From Dictyostelium discoideum (taxonomy: Eukaryota): 64,000 bases of DNA. Positions 23,270-37,745 of this stretch are shown here, one piece after another. A model generated the notes under the pieces. That model was given only the letters and a program-made list of their open reading frames with translations, ran no database searches and was not told where the DNA came from. Position 1 is the first letter of the stretch, and each line of letters opens with the position of its first letter. The position numbers and the translations under genes were made by a program. The stretch is taken from NCBI GenBank assembly GCA_000004695.1, contig CM000155.2, positions 768,001 through 832,000 of the forward strand. Direction: 5' to 3'.

Positions 23270-25075
23270 ATGTATTCCCATTTTAAAATTCATATTGGCA
23301 ATGAATTACCAAATACCATTAATAATTATAATAATAATAATAATAGCCAACATAATGATAAAATGAACCTCAGTAAAATAAAAAATAATCAAGATATTCC
23401 CACATCCAATACAAATATCTCACCAAAACCAATTTCACAACAAAAAAGAAGAAAAGTTGAAAAAGGTGGGGTTGAGTGTAAACCAATAGTTCCATCAACT
23501 AGTTCAACTTCCACTTTAATTCCAACACCCCCACCAAAACTACCACAACAACAACAAGAACTACAACACCACTCAAAACCATCATCATCATCATCTTCTT
23601 CTTCTTCGTCTTTATCATCTTCATCCACCTCAATACCAAATTCTCCAACACCAATATTTCCTGTTTTTTTAATTCCAACTCAAAACATGGACCTAACATG
23701 TTCTTATTCAAATTCTCAAAATTATGTGGAGTCAAACATAAATAATAATATCAACAATAATATTAACAATAATAATAATAATAATGCCAATAACATTCAG
23801 TATATTAACAGTAATACGTATAGTGGTGGTTGTATTAGTAGAAGTAGTAGTAGCAGCAGTAGTAGTAGCAGTAGTAGTAGTGGCAAAAGTAATGAGAATT
23901 CTATTCATTTAAATAGTATCAATAATGACAATAATAATTATTACAATAAAGTATTGTGTTATTTAAATCAACTTGAGGACGATCAAAGAAAACAATATCT
24001 ATTCCAACAAACTCAACCACCACAACCATACCCACAACAAATTCAACCACCACAAGAACAACTTCAACAACATCAATCTCAAGCACCTCATTCACCACTA
24101 CCTCAACCACAACCACCATCACAATTACAAACTCAATCAATATTTCAAATCTCTCCTATTCCACAAAATAACTCTACCCAACAAATTTTAATTCAACAAA
24201 CTCAAATCCATATCACATCGACTCCAAATCAAACCCCTATCTCAACTCCTCAACAACTAGGAAATCAACAATTTCAATTCTATCAAGCTTCTAAATCCAC
24301 AATAATAGAGAAAAATAATATTAATATTCAAATAAATAAAAATAACAATAGTGGTGAATTTAGTACCAATAGTGAAACTAATATTAGTAGTAGTAATGAA
24401 AATATTAATAGCAATAATAATACCAAAATAGATAATAATAGTAATACTAGTAATGGTTTTAATAGTAATAGTAATAATAATAATAATAATAATAACAATA
24501 ATAATAGTAATAGTGTTCAATTAAATTATATTGAGTATGATGGAATTAATTTAAATAATCAAATTTTTATGAACTCTGATTTTAATAATGAATTCTTTCC
24601 AAATAATACCGATGAAAATTATCCAAGTGATCATAATAGTAATGATAATAACAACGATAAAAATAATAATACCAATAATAATATTATTATTAATGATGAT
24701 AATAATAATAATCCAAATAATAATAATATTAACAATAACAATTCAATTGAAATAATTGATGAACAAAAACATCAATTACAATTACAAGAGCTTCAACTTC
24801 AACAAGAACAACAACAAGAACAACAACAAGAACAACTTCAACAATGTCATATAGAAATTATAAAAAATAATAGTCAATTTCCATTTACTCCAAATACAAC
24901 AGAGTCTGGATTTTCTTCAACCTCAACAACTCCATCCTCTACTTCAGTTCCCTCATCATTATCAAATTCTTCTTCAGCAATACCACCACCTTCTTCAAAT
25001 TATTTAGACTGTTCAGAACCAATTAACAATTTAGAATCTTTTAATTATAATAATTCCAATACCAATACCAACAAT

Positions 25076-25163
<88 letters not shown>

Positions 25164-26523
25164 TTGAAAATATAAATATTAAAAATAGTAATAGCAATAT
25201 CAATAGTGGTTATAAATCTAATATAAATTGTTCATCACCAAATAGAACCGTACCTAATTCACCAATTTCAAACTATTCATCAATGTCATCATCATCTTCT
25301 CCAAATTCATTTACATCTTCAACATCATCATTAAATATATCTTGTTCTCCAAACAGTGATCCCTTAACACCTATTGTACCAACAACTCCAACCTTAATAG
25401 AACAAACATTCCAAATTCAACAACCATCTTTTGAAAATATAAAAAATAATACTCAAATTTCACCTTCATCACATGATGGCGATACTATTTCAGAAGTTAT
25501 TATCAATCATATAAATAATAATAGTATTAATAATAATAATAACAATGATAAAAATAATGATATTGATAACTCAAACGAAAATTTAACGACTACAACTACC
25601 ACCACCACTACTACAACAACAACAACAACAACAAATAATAATAAAAAGAAAATTAATAATTATAAAATTAATAATTATAATAATAATATTGATAATAATA
25701 ATCATGAATTAAATGATGATGATAATGATGATGATGATGATGATGATGTTGATGATAATGATGATAATAATAATAATAATAAATCAATTTATAAAAAAAA
25801 AGAAATTAAAAAAAGAGAGATCAGAGATGAATTGGAAAGAAAGAATGAACCAAAGAGAAGGGAATTAATAAAGAAGTTTATAGAGAGTAAAGATTCAAAG
25901 TTTAAAAAGTTAACAACTGATGAACTGTTAATAATGTCACCTAAAGTATTTGGAAAGATAAGTCGTTACAATATGTTTGAGGTATTTTTTGGTAATGAAG
26001 AAGTTTGTGGTGGAAATATTAAAGTATCTGATACAATTAAATATCGGGACCAATTGGAACAAATCCTAAAGAAAGTTTGGTCAACCAATGAATATTGGAG
26101 ATGCCCACTCTGTGAAGATATAATCATCTCTCAGAAATCGTTCTCTCAACCCCATGAAAACAGGTTCAGTAATAAATCTTGTTTGAAATATCATTTACTT
26201 CGATTACATTTTGCAGATGTAAAATCAACCATTGTAAAGAAAAGAAAAATCGAATCAAGGGATATGTCAAGTGACCCACGTTATCGTAAATGTAAACATG
26301 ATGATTGTCATTCTTGGATCACTTCAAAACATATGTGTGATCATATCATCATCGATCATCATATCGATGATCCTCAAAAATCAAAAACTTGTGGAAAATG
26401 TAATGAATTAAAAAAGAAATTAAAAAAAGATTTCTTTAATAATATTAATCATTATTATGAATCAAATAAATTAAGTGATTTAAAAATTGAATATAATAAC
26501 AATCATAATAATAATATTAATAC

Positions 26524-26616
<93 letters not shown>

Positions 26617-26727
26617 TAATAATAATAATAATAATATTAATAATAATAATACTAATAATAATTTTAAAACAATTATTACAACAACTACAACTTCCACAAC
26701 AACACCATCAAATAATATTGATGATGA

Positions 26728-26787
<60 letters not shown>

Positions 26788-26833
26788 AAACCCAATTCCA
26801 AATTTACCAATGCCAAAAAATTTACAAAAATAG
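23270..26833 (+). CDS. Very low-complexity (poly-Asn/Gln/Ser/Thr) protein with C-terminal atypical C2H2-type zinc-finger cluster, 1187 aa, single exon.
   Basis: Continuous 3.5-kb ORF. The C-terminus reads YWRCPLCEDIIISQKSFSQPHENRFSNKSCLKYHLLRLHFADVKST...YRKCKHDDCHSWITSKHMCDHIIIDHH...KTCGKCNELKKKL, which gives Cys/His spacing of C2H2-like fingers, with a basic KKKEIKKREIRDELERK stretch before it. Long (AAT)n tracts are inside the CDS. Confidence 0.55.
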
Positions 26834-27336
26834 TTATAGAAAATAATAATAATAGTTTTTTTTTTTTTTTTTTTGGTTAAAAAAAAAATATTTTATTAAT
26901 GAAAAATAATAAAAAAATCTGAAAAAAAAAAAAATTTTAGATATTTCACAAAAACGGAGATTTTTTCATTTTTTTCCAATTTTCTTATAAAAACAATTTT
27001 ATTTTTTTTTAATTTTTTTTTTTTTTTTGCTTTTTTTTTTTAATTTTTGATTTTTTTTTGTATTTTTTGAAAAAAAAAAATAATTTTTAGCAGTTACACT
27101 ACTCAAGTTCAACACATTAATTAAAAAAAATAAAAAAAATAAAAAATATATAACTTTGTTTTAAAAATCTTATTATATATATATATATTTTTTTTTTTTT
27201 GTTTTAATTGATTGTTTTTTTTATTTTATTTTTTATTTTATTTTTTTTTTTTTTGCCCAATTAGATTGCCCCCTGTATATTTAAAAAAAAAAAAAAAAAA
27301 AAAAGAAAAACAAAAATAAAAAATTTTTAAATTGCA

Positions 27337-27547
27337 ATGGCCACTTCAATAAAAAGAGGTGATCCTCAATCCGAAAAGGTCAAATTTTCATTTTTTTTAT
27401 TTTTTTATTTTTATTTATTTTTTATTTTTTTTTTTATTAATCAAAACAAAATTAAACTTTATTTAAATAATTAATAATTAATTATTAATAACTAACAAAA
27501 TTTTATTTATATTTATTTATTTATTTATTTATTTAAATATTTATTTT

Positions 27548-27614
<67 letters not shown>

Positions 27615-30600
27615 TTATTTATTATTTATTTATTATTTATTTATTATTTTTTAGATAAAATATATTAAAGGTACATTTTTTGTAATTAGACCAGATGAAA
27701 CATCAAAAGAACCATTTTGGATAGCATATGCATTAGAAGATGTACCAGCAAAGAATAAAGAAGTTTATGTTCGTTGGTTAACAGTATCAGATGAAGATGA
27801 GACTGAATATAAGGTTGGACCAGAGTCGTCATCATCAAATATTCCAATTGAATCAATTATAGTTACAACAACATTAAAAGCCAATTCTAAACAAGAAAGT
27901 TCATATAGAATTTCAAAAATTGAACTTAGAAGAGTCAATACAATTGTTGAAAATGAATCATCATCAGAAGAAGAAGAGGAAGAGGAAAGTAATGGTGAAG
28001 AAGAGAAAGAAGGTAATGCTCAAGAATCAGGATCAGAATCTGAAGAATCAGAATCTGAATCTGAAGTTCCAGTAAAGAAAACCAAAAAACAATTGGTAGA
28101 AGAACAAAAGAAATCAGCTGCTGCAGCTAAAAAATTACAAAAAGAAAAAGAGAAAGAGAAAGAGAAAGAGAAAGCAAAGAAATTAAAAGAAAAAGAAAAA
28201 GAAAAAGAAAAAGCAAAGAAACAAAAAGAGAAAGAGAAAGAAAAAGCAAAGAAATTAAAAGAAAAGGAAAAAGAAAAGAAAAAAAAAAATTCTGAATCTG
28301 AAAAACCAAAGAAATCAAATAAATCAAAGAAACAAGAAGATACTGAAAATGAATCGGAATCGGAATCAGAATCAGAATCAGAATCTTCTTCTAGTGAGTC
28401 TGAAAAAGAAGAATCATCAAAGAAATCATCCTCCAAAAAGAAAACCACCACCAAAGAAAAATCAAAACCAACCAAAAAATCAAAGAAACAAGAAACTGAA
28501 GATGAAGAAGAGAGTGGTAGTGATGAATCATCAGGTGATGACGATGAAAAATCATCAAGTGATGAGGATGAAAGAGAGAAGAAATCATCAAAGAAATCGT
28601 CAACTGCTGCTAATGGTAAACCACAAGAAATTAAACCAATAGTTAAGAAATCAACTGGTAAAAGAAAAAAGAATGAGGATTCAGATGCATCATCAGGTGA
28701 TGAGGAAGAGGAGGAGGAAGATAAAACTACAACCAAGAAATCAAAGGGAAAAGGTGGGGAATCTAAAAAAGTTGTTAAAGAAAAAGTGACAAAAGTTGCA
28801 AAGCCAACCAAAGCATCAATTAAAGCACAAACCAAGAAAGGTAATCCAAATCCAGCAATCCCAGTTTTAGAGGTTGATCCAGGTTTTGAGTGGGCAAAGA
28901 CAGCCACCACTTTATCAGATTTCTGTTGTTCAATTTGTAGAAGTAGAGAAGCTAGCAAAGCTATCATTGAAAACAATATTCCATTATTAAAAGAGATCAT
29001 CAAAGAGAATCGTTACAATTCTCTTCTCTCCAATTGGTCAAGTGGTTTGGAGAAATCACCATTACACTATGCTATCATCAACAATAACATTGAAGCAATT
29101 GAACTCGTCTATAAAGATGCAAAGGATGAAGCTAAACTAAGACCATCATTACCAAATTTTGATAAAGCTTCAACTGGTACTTACTCAAAATATACTTATG
29201 GTCATAATGTTAGAGCTTTAACTCAATCAAGAGGTGGTAAAGAAGGCGATGAAGCTTTCTTACACGATTCAAATAATTATCAAGAACATGAAGTAAGTTT
29301 TATAGTTATTATTAGAAAAAAAAAAAAAAAAAAAAAACTAATTTTTATTATTTTATTTTTTAAAGTTAACTTTAGAAGTTCAACAAACAAATATTATACA
29401 ATTAATATTTTCAAATAGTTGTGTAAAAATGACAACTATTCAAGAATTATTTAGATTAGATCCAACATTGAATGATAATGTTTCATATAATATTTATTAT
29501 GCTGTTAGAGCAGGTAATTTAGAGGTTAGTGAACATTTTGTAAAGGATTTATTTAAGAGGGGTGGATTTGGTTTTAATAATTTACATTCACAAGCATTAA
29601 GTGTTGATGGTAATGAAGAGTTTCTACCATTTAAATCGGTATCGGTTACAAAGAAACCAAACTTTGGTAATGTTACACCAATTCATTTCGCAGCAATCAA
29701 TCCAAAAGGAAAATATTTGAAACAATTGTTGGATGTTTTATCAGAACCTTCAAGACCAGATCATAACTCATTCAGACCACTTCATTATGCTGCCGCTTGT
29801 ACAGCACCTGTCAATATTCAATTGTTAACCAGTAAAGGTGTTGAATTAAATGATTTAAATTCATTGGGTATGACACCATTGATGATCGCATCTCAATTGG
29901 GCAGAGTTCAAAATATTAAAGCATTGGTAAAAGCTTCAAAAGAAAGACAAATTGTAAACTTTGTTAAATTTAAAAATAAGAAATTACAAGATGCTCTTCA
30001 TTTCGCCGCTGAGGCAGGTCAATTGGGTTCAATTCGTACTCTTTTAGAGGAGGGTGCTGATATTGATGTCTTTGAAAAAGGTACCAAATACACCGCATTA
30101 ATGAAAGCTTCAATTATGGGTCATTTCGATGCAGTAAAGATTTTGGTTGAAGAAGGTAAAGCTGATGTTGAAAAGAAGGATAAATTCAAGAGAACCGCTT
30201 TAGTATTGGCTGCCATCAATGGTCATATTAAGATTGTTTCTTTCCTTTTACATTATAATGCCTCCTTTAAGGTTATTGATAGTTCAAAGAATTCCATTTT
30301 ACATTTCACAGCTGCCTATGGTTGGATTGATATCATTCGTTATTTGGTTGAACAATTTCAAGCTCCAATCAATGAATTCAATGATTGGAAAACCACTCCA
30401 TTATCGGTTGCAATTCGTAAAGGTCATTTCCAATGTACAAAATACCTTTTGGATAAAGATGCCGATGCAAATGTTACAGATGAAAACAATAGAAGTATCT
30501 TGCTACAATCATTGGTTAATTCATCATTGTCAATGGCTCTCATGGAGAATATTAAATATTTGATCGTTCAAGGTAAAGCCAATGTAAATCATCAAGATAA

Positions 30601-33600
30601 AGATTTAAATGGTGTTTTACATGTTTTATCATTGGCCGAGATTGAACTTCCAGGTGAAGTAAAAGAAAAACAACCAAACTATTATTGGGGTAGACAAGCA
30701 AAACCAGCTGAAGATCCAGTTAAAGCTGAAAAACGTTTACAAGATCAATTAAAGATTGTCGAGGAGATTGCAAACTATCTCATCTCTAAAGGTGCCAGTG
30801 TCAATAGTAAGAATAAAGATGGTTGCACACCATTGATGTTGGCATTCCAAGAAAAGAACATTCCAATCATTATCTATCTCTTGGGTAGAAGTGATGTTTC
30901 ATTGGTTGGTACCTATAGCTCAACTAAATCAAATATCTTACATGACATTATGAAACTTGATGATAGTTTACACTTTTCAAAGATTACAGATTTATTATTA
31001 AAATCAAAGGATTTGAAAACTATTATCAATCAATACAATAAAGAACATCTTACACCATTAATGTCAATCATTAAAAACTTTAAATCTGATACCACTGAAA
31101 AGAATGAAAAATTCTTCAAATTCTTACGTTCACTCATTTCAAATGCTAAGCCTGATCTATCTTTAGTTGAAGAGAAATTAGTCATTGATGCTGATTCAAT
31201 GGATGAATCTGATGATCATCATAATACAAGTAATATTAGTCATAATAGTAGTGATGATGATAATTCAGATAATGGTTCAGATGATGATGATAATTTAGAT
31301 GATGATGATGATAATTCAGATGGTAATTCAGATAACGATGATGATAACAATAGTGATAATGAAGAACATGGTAAAAATAAGGATGATAAAGAATTAATAC
31401 TTAAACGTTCAGTTTTACACTTTGCAGTTCAAACTGGTTCATTAAATATTGTTCAAATTTTATTAGAATTTAAACCAAAAGATATTGATCAATTAAATGT
31501 TTATAGTGAAACAGCACTTCATAATGCAATCGATGGTAATCATTTCCAAATTGCTTTCCTTTTAGTAGATAGTGGTGCCAATGTAAAGATTTCAAATTCA
31601 TTCGAACGTTCACCATTACATTTGGCTTGTGCTAAAATGAATTTCCCATTGATTAAGAAATTAGCATCAAAAGGATCACCAATCAATAAACAAGATTTCA
31701 AAGGTTTAACACCATTGATGATTGCATGTCAAAACAAGGGTAACATTTCCGATGAAGCTTTAGAGGGTGAGGATAATCCAATCTCAATCCTCTTACAAAA
31801 TGGTGCAGATCCAAAGATTGTTGATTCAAAGAAAAGAAATGCTTTACATTATAGTATCAATGCTAGTGGTGCCGATACAAATTCATCCTTTGAAATTGAA
31901 GATCTCTTAATTAAACATAAAGCACCTTTGAATGAAGTCGATTATTTAGGAAGAACTCCACTACATTATGCTTTCATCAAGATTGGTTCACGTTTCATCG
32001 ATAATGGTACCTCTTATGATCCAGTTCAAGTGGTAAGTTCATTATGTTCCTTTGAATCCATTCAAATCGATAAACCTGATAAATTTGGTAGATCACCTTT
32101 ATTCTATGCTTGTCAACATGGTAGTACCGTTTCTGCTCTCCTCTTAATTCAAAGAAAAGCTGATATTAATCGTGTTGATGAAGATGGTAATACACCTTTG
32201 GCTATCACTCTCTTATTTAAACACCCAGATTGTGCTATCAATGTAATTCAAAAAGGTGCAAATGTTAAAGGTACTTTAACTAAATTCAATTATAAAATTA
32301 CTAAAACTGAAACTCCATGGAAAACTGAAACAACAACAACAACAACAACTCCAAATGGTGCCACCACCACCACCACTACTACTACCACTACCACTACCAC
32401 TGCTAGTACTTCAACAACAGCATCAGCAAATATACTTCCTCAAGTTGCAGCTCCATTAAATAGAGGTAGAATTAGTAGAGCTCAACATTCAAATGCTGCC
32501 ATTCAAGAACCTAAAATTCCACATTATAAACAACCAATGAAAGTCGAATATAAAGTTGAAAAGATTAATGTTTGTAAGGTTGGTTTATTCTATCATGTTG
32601 TATCAAATAATTGGCAAGGTGTTGCCTATATTATGTTGGACTCTGGTTTAGATAATTTCAGTGCACTTCATGATGCATTCAAAGCTGATAAATATCAATT
32701 GGCTCTAACTTTATTATCAAAATGTCGTTCAGCTGCTGAATTATCACCATTATCACCAGAATCAAAACAAAACCTTTTCCATTTCATTGGTATGTACCCA
32801 TCATCTGTTGCCAATTGGAGTGCTCGTGTTCAACAAAAATTATTATCATCTGGTGTTTCACCAAATCTCACTGATTCCACTGGTAGAACTCCACTTCACT
32901 ATGCAGCTGTCTCTGAAAATGTTCCATTCACTCAATTCTTATTGACTCAAAAATTAAACATTAATCAACAAGATAAGGAAGGTAATACACCATTATCATT
33001 GGCATTGATAAAGATTAAAACTCCAACTCCAATAACTAGTGATACTCAACAACAACAAAGCACTGAAGATATTATCAAGAATTTCGTTTTACCAGCAGAG
33101 TTCAAATTATTATTAACCAATTTACCAAATTTAGAATTGAAATTCAAATATGAAGAGAATGAAATCACTCCATTAATTTATGCTATCAATATTAAAAACA
33201 TTGGTTTAATTGGTACTTTATTGAATTCAAAAGCAAACATCAATACAGTCGATGCACTTGGTCAACCACCACTTTTCCATGCAGTTAAAACAAATAAAAT
33301 GGATATTGTCAACTTGATACTCTCAAAGAAACCAAATATGAATATTCAAGATACCGATAAGAAATCTGTTATTCATTATGTAGTTAATCCAACTGAATAT
33401 GGTTCATTTGAAAATGTTACCCTTTTGAATCTATTGGCTAAACAAGGTTCTAAAATCGATTTAGCAGATATCGCTGGTAAAACACCATTATACTATGCAT
33501 CATTACAAGATTCTGGTAAGATGAAAGACGCTTTAATTAAATTGGGTGCAAAGAAGATTCCTCAAGAAACTTTACCAACTAGAGAAGTTTCAACCATTTC

Positions 33601-35296
33601 CAATTGGTCAGAGCTTAATACAGTCAATTATGAACAAGATTATAATAAATACATTGAAACCAAGAAAGAATTAATGGCTGCAAGCAATAAACAATTGAAA
33701 CCACTCGTTGATCCAATCTCAAGAATGCAAGAGAATTCTGAAGTATATGTCGATTCAAATGGTTTAATCTTTGACATTCTTATGACTAAAGTCGATGCTA
33801 AACGTGGTAATTGGGGTGAGAATAATTTCTACAAAATGCAAATCATTTACAATCCTGGCTTGGATAGATATTTCTTATGGAATCGTTGGGGTAGAATTGG
33901 TGATGTTGGTCAATATCAAAAGACACCATTCAGTAAGGATGAAGCAGTCACTGAATTTTGTAAAGTTTTCAAAACCAAGAGTGGCAATGCTTTCAATCTC
34001 GATTCAATGTCCAATTTCCAAAAGATTGAAGGGCGTTATCATTTGGTACACATCGATAGAACTGATAAGACAAAGAAAGAGATCCTCCACCCATTCGTTC
34101 TCTCTCAATATCCAAAATCACAATTACCAAAAGAACTCTATGATGTTATGGCTCAATTCTGTAATGTTGAATCAATCTCTCATCAATTGAAAAATCTTAA
34201 AATCGATACTGATATTATGCCATTGGGTCGTATTAGTAAAGATCTCATTCAAAAAGCCATTACAGTATTGGGTAAACTTAGTGAAGCAGTTGAACAAATT
34301 CGTTTGATCGAAGAGCACGAAGCCAATAAAAGAGCATCCTCTTTTACTAATGCTACAACTGTTGGTAGTGGTGTTAGTGGTAGTGGTGGTGATTCAACTT
34401 CTACCACTGATAAACCAGAGGAACCAAATTTCCCACCACTCAATGATGTCAAAGAATCCTTAATTAAACTTAGTAATGAATTCTATGAATTAATTCCTCA
34501 TTCAAACTTTTCCACCGAAAGAATGGTCATTTTGAAGAGTGCCAAAGAGATAACCGCCAAAACAACCCTCTTACAAAACTTGGATGAACTTGAGACCGTT
34601 TCAAAGATTTTGATTGCCGCTCACCAAAATACCACAATGCATCCATACGATTATTGTTTCAAAGCTCTTGGTGCCTCTTTGGAGAAATTGGATGCCAACT
34701 CTCCAGAATTTGGTATCCTTAAAAAGTACTCCGAGAATACCGGTTGCACAAAGAAGATTGTAAATATTTTCAAACTCCAAAGAAAAGGAGAGGTTGAAAG
34801 ATTCCAAGCTCATAAAAATCTCAAGAATCATTTCCTACTATGGCATGGTAGTTTAACAACAAACTATCTCTCCATTTTATCTCAAGGCTTAAAGATTGCT
34901 CCACCAGAGGCTCCAGTCACTGGTTATATGTTTGGTAAAGGTATTTATTTCTCTGATATGTTTAGAAAATCTATAAACTATTGCGGTAGTTGGGATAGTT
35001 CTTCAGCAAATAGTTTCCTCTTACTCTCAGAGGTAGCTTTGGGTACAATGAAAGAATTTAAAAGCGCTCACTATATGGAATCCCCTGAAACTGGTACAAA
35101 TAGTACTAAAGGTGTAGGTAAAACTGGTCCAAACTTTGACGATAGTATCATTTTAAATAATGGTGTTGCAATTCCTCTCTCTCCTCCAGAACAAGTTAAA
35201 GGTGATACTTCCGATTATCACTTGGAAATGAATGAATATATTGTTTATGACGTTTCTCAAATTAGAATGAGATATTTAGTTGAAGTTTCAAATTAA
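27337..35296 (+). CDS. Ankyrin-repeat / WGR / PARP-regulatory / PARP-catalytic poly(ADP-ribose) polymerase (PARP1-clade catalytic domain). Proposed 3-exon model: join(27337..27378,27655..29292,29366..35296), ~2500 aa. Minimal certain part is 29429..35296 (1955 aa).
   Basis: ORF 29429..35296 has about 20 ANK repeats, then a WGR domain (NFYKMQIIYNPGLDRYFLWNRWGRIGDVGQ), the helical regulatory domain, and the catalytic H-Y-E triad (LLWHGSLTTNYLSILSQGLKIAPPEAPVTGYMFGKGIYFSDMF ... LLLSEVALG ... NEYIVYDVSQIRMRYLVE), nearly identical to the PARP1 active site. The reading frame stays open upstream of its first ATG (LTLEVQQTNIIQLIFSNSCVK-MTT...). A phase-0 AG acceptor at 29364-65 matches a phase-0 GTAAGT donor at 29293, right after ...SNWSSGLEKSPLHYAIINNNIEAIELVYKDAKDEAKL, which is an ANK repeat in ORF 28093..29418. 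That ORF continues upstream in frame to a TTTTTTAG acceptor at 27654 (IKYIKGTFFVIRPDETSKEPFWIAYALEDV...VYVRWLTVSDEDETEYKVG, BAH-like), then KEKEKEK / SESESE charged low-complexity. The first micro-exon (MATSIKRGDPQSEK) uses a weak GTCAAA donor, so the 5' end is tentative. Confidence 0.7.
27490..27650. repeat. (TTTA)n / (ATTT)n tetranucleotide array within the proposed first intron of the PARP gene.
   Basis: Direct reading: tatttatttatttattt... with a few phase slips. A similar array is at 55651..55715. Confidence 0.85.
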
Positions 35297-36509
35297 AAAA
35301 ATAATTAAATAATTAAAAAATTTAAAAAAAAAAAAATAAAAAAAATAAAAAATAAAAAAAAAAAAAAGTAATAAATAATTTTAAAATAAAATAAAGATTT
35401 AAAGTTGATATAAACAAATTTTTTTCTTTATTACTTACAACATCATTTATTTTTTAAAAAAAAAAGAAATTAAAAATTAATCTTTTAATTAATTCCCACA
35501 CAAATTATTTATTATCAGTTAATATCTTATGATTAAATATCTTCAAATATTACTGTAACGGAAGTGGTATAATCAAGAAGATTATATTTTAATTTTTTAA
35601 TTATTTATTTAATTTAAATTAAAATAATATTTCTTTATTTATAATTAATTTATATTTTATTTTATTTATTTATATTTAATACTTATTTATTTTTTATTTA
35701 AGTTATTTATTTAATTTTTTAATTTAATTTAATTATAACATATTTATTTTGGGAGTAATAAGATTATAAAACCGATTAAATTATAATTTTCATTTTATAC
35801 TATATAAAATGACTTTATATTTATAAATGATTATAATAATAAAATGAAAAATACTAAATAATAATTATTGTAACTATTGGTTTCATTATATTGCCAAAAA
35901 TTTATTGAATAAGATAAAGTTATATCTATATTGGATAATAATAAAAAATATTTTAATTTTTTTTATTTTCCAATTTTAAAATTTTATTAAACAATAATAA
36001 ATTTCTAGACAAATTAAATGTATAATCCAATTTTAAAATTTTTTTATTTTATTATCAATTTAATTTAACTATAGTTATTTTTTTCATTTTTTTTTTTTAA
36101 TTTAAAATATTTAAAAACAACAATCATAATCTAAAAATAATTATTATTTATTTATCAAATCTAAATTAACCTTTTTTTTTTTTTATTTTTAATTTTTTTT
36201 TTTTATTTTTTTTTTTATTTTTTATTTTTTTTTTTGAAAAGTTTAATTTTATTTGTTTTATATTTGTTGTGTTATTTTAATTGTTTTTTTTTTTTCAATT
36301 GGTATTCTGATTTTTCCCATCCACATTTTATTTTTTTTTTAAAATTTTATTTTTTTTATTTTAATTTTTTATTTTTTTTTTCTTTTTTATTTTTTTTTTC
36401 ATTTCATTTTTTTCATTTCCTTCGAAAATATCTTTGCAATTAGGAGATAGATAATAATAAAATTATTTTATAAAAATTTTTTTTAAAAAAAAAAAAATAA
36501 AAAAAAAAC

Positions 36510-37745
36510 ATGGAAAATCAATTTAAAAATAATAATAATAGTAGTAGTATTGAAACATCAAATCAATTTTCAAATAAAAAAACAAATAGATTAGATAGTT
36601 TTGTATCAGTATCAGAATTACATGAAGAAGCTAAAAGATTATTACCAAAGATGGCATACGATTATTATGCATCAGGATCCAATGATCAAATTACATTAGC
36701 AGAGAATGAGAATGCATTCAGTCGTATTAAATTAGTACCAAGATCATTAGTTGATGTATCAAAAGTTAATACTAAAACTAGAATATTCGGAAGAGATATC
36801 TCAACACCCATACTAATTGCACCATGGGCAATGCAAAGAATGGCATCTCAAAGAGGTGAACTCGACACAGTTGAAGCTTCAAAAGAGTTCAATACAATCA
36901 TGACACTATCCTCATTATCCACTACATCAGTCGAAGATCTCTCAAGTGCAACAAATGGTAACCCAGGGTGGTTCCAATTATACGTTTTTAAAGATAGAAA
37001 AGTCTCTGAAGAATTAGTGAAAAGGGCTGAATCAATTGGTTATTCCGCTTTAGTGTTAACTGTTGATACACCATTTCTTGGTAAGAGAACTGCTGATTTT
37101 AAAAATTCGTAAGTATAATATTTTATAAACATTTAACAGTGTTTGTGGTGTTGGTTATTTACTATGTACTACTATTTTATAGATTTAAATTACCAAATGG
37201 ATTATCATTAAAAATATTTGAGAAATTAATGTTATCAAATTTAGATGGTGGATTAAATCAATATATTGCAACAATGATTGACCCATCATTGACATGGAAT
37301 GATTTGAAATGGTTGAAATCAATTACAAAGTTACCAATTTTAGTAAAAGGTATAATGTGTCCAAAGGATGCTGAATTGGCATTACAATATGGTGCTGATG
37401 GTATTATAGTATCGAATCATGGTGGTAGACAATTGGATACATGTCCTTCGACAATCGAAGTTTTACCATACATTAGTAAAGTTGTGAGAGGTAGAGTACC
37501 TTTGATTTTAGATGGCGGTATTCGTCGTGGTACTGATGTTTTAAAAGCATTGGCATTTGGTGCAAATGCAGTTTGTATTGGTAGACCTATCATTTGGGGT
37601 TTAAGTACTGGTGGTAAAGATGGAGTTTTAAAAGTTTTAAATTTATTAAATTCTGAATTACAATTAGCAATGGCTTTAACTGGTATTACTAATATTTCTG
37701 ATATTAATAATTCAATAATTTGGGATCAAAATAAATATATTAAAT

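Noticed and set aside
21120-23270. The long intergenic regions (21120-23270, 55640-57930, 61160-62920) examined for transposable elements (DIRS, Skipper, TRE, DDT, Tdd).
   Set aside because: No reverse-transcriptase, integrase or transposase-like ORF and no long terminal or inverted repeats beyond the short hairpins reported. They look like ordinary AT-rich promoter/spacer DNA.
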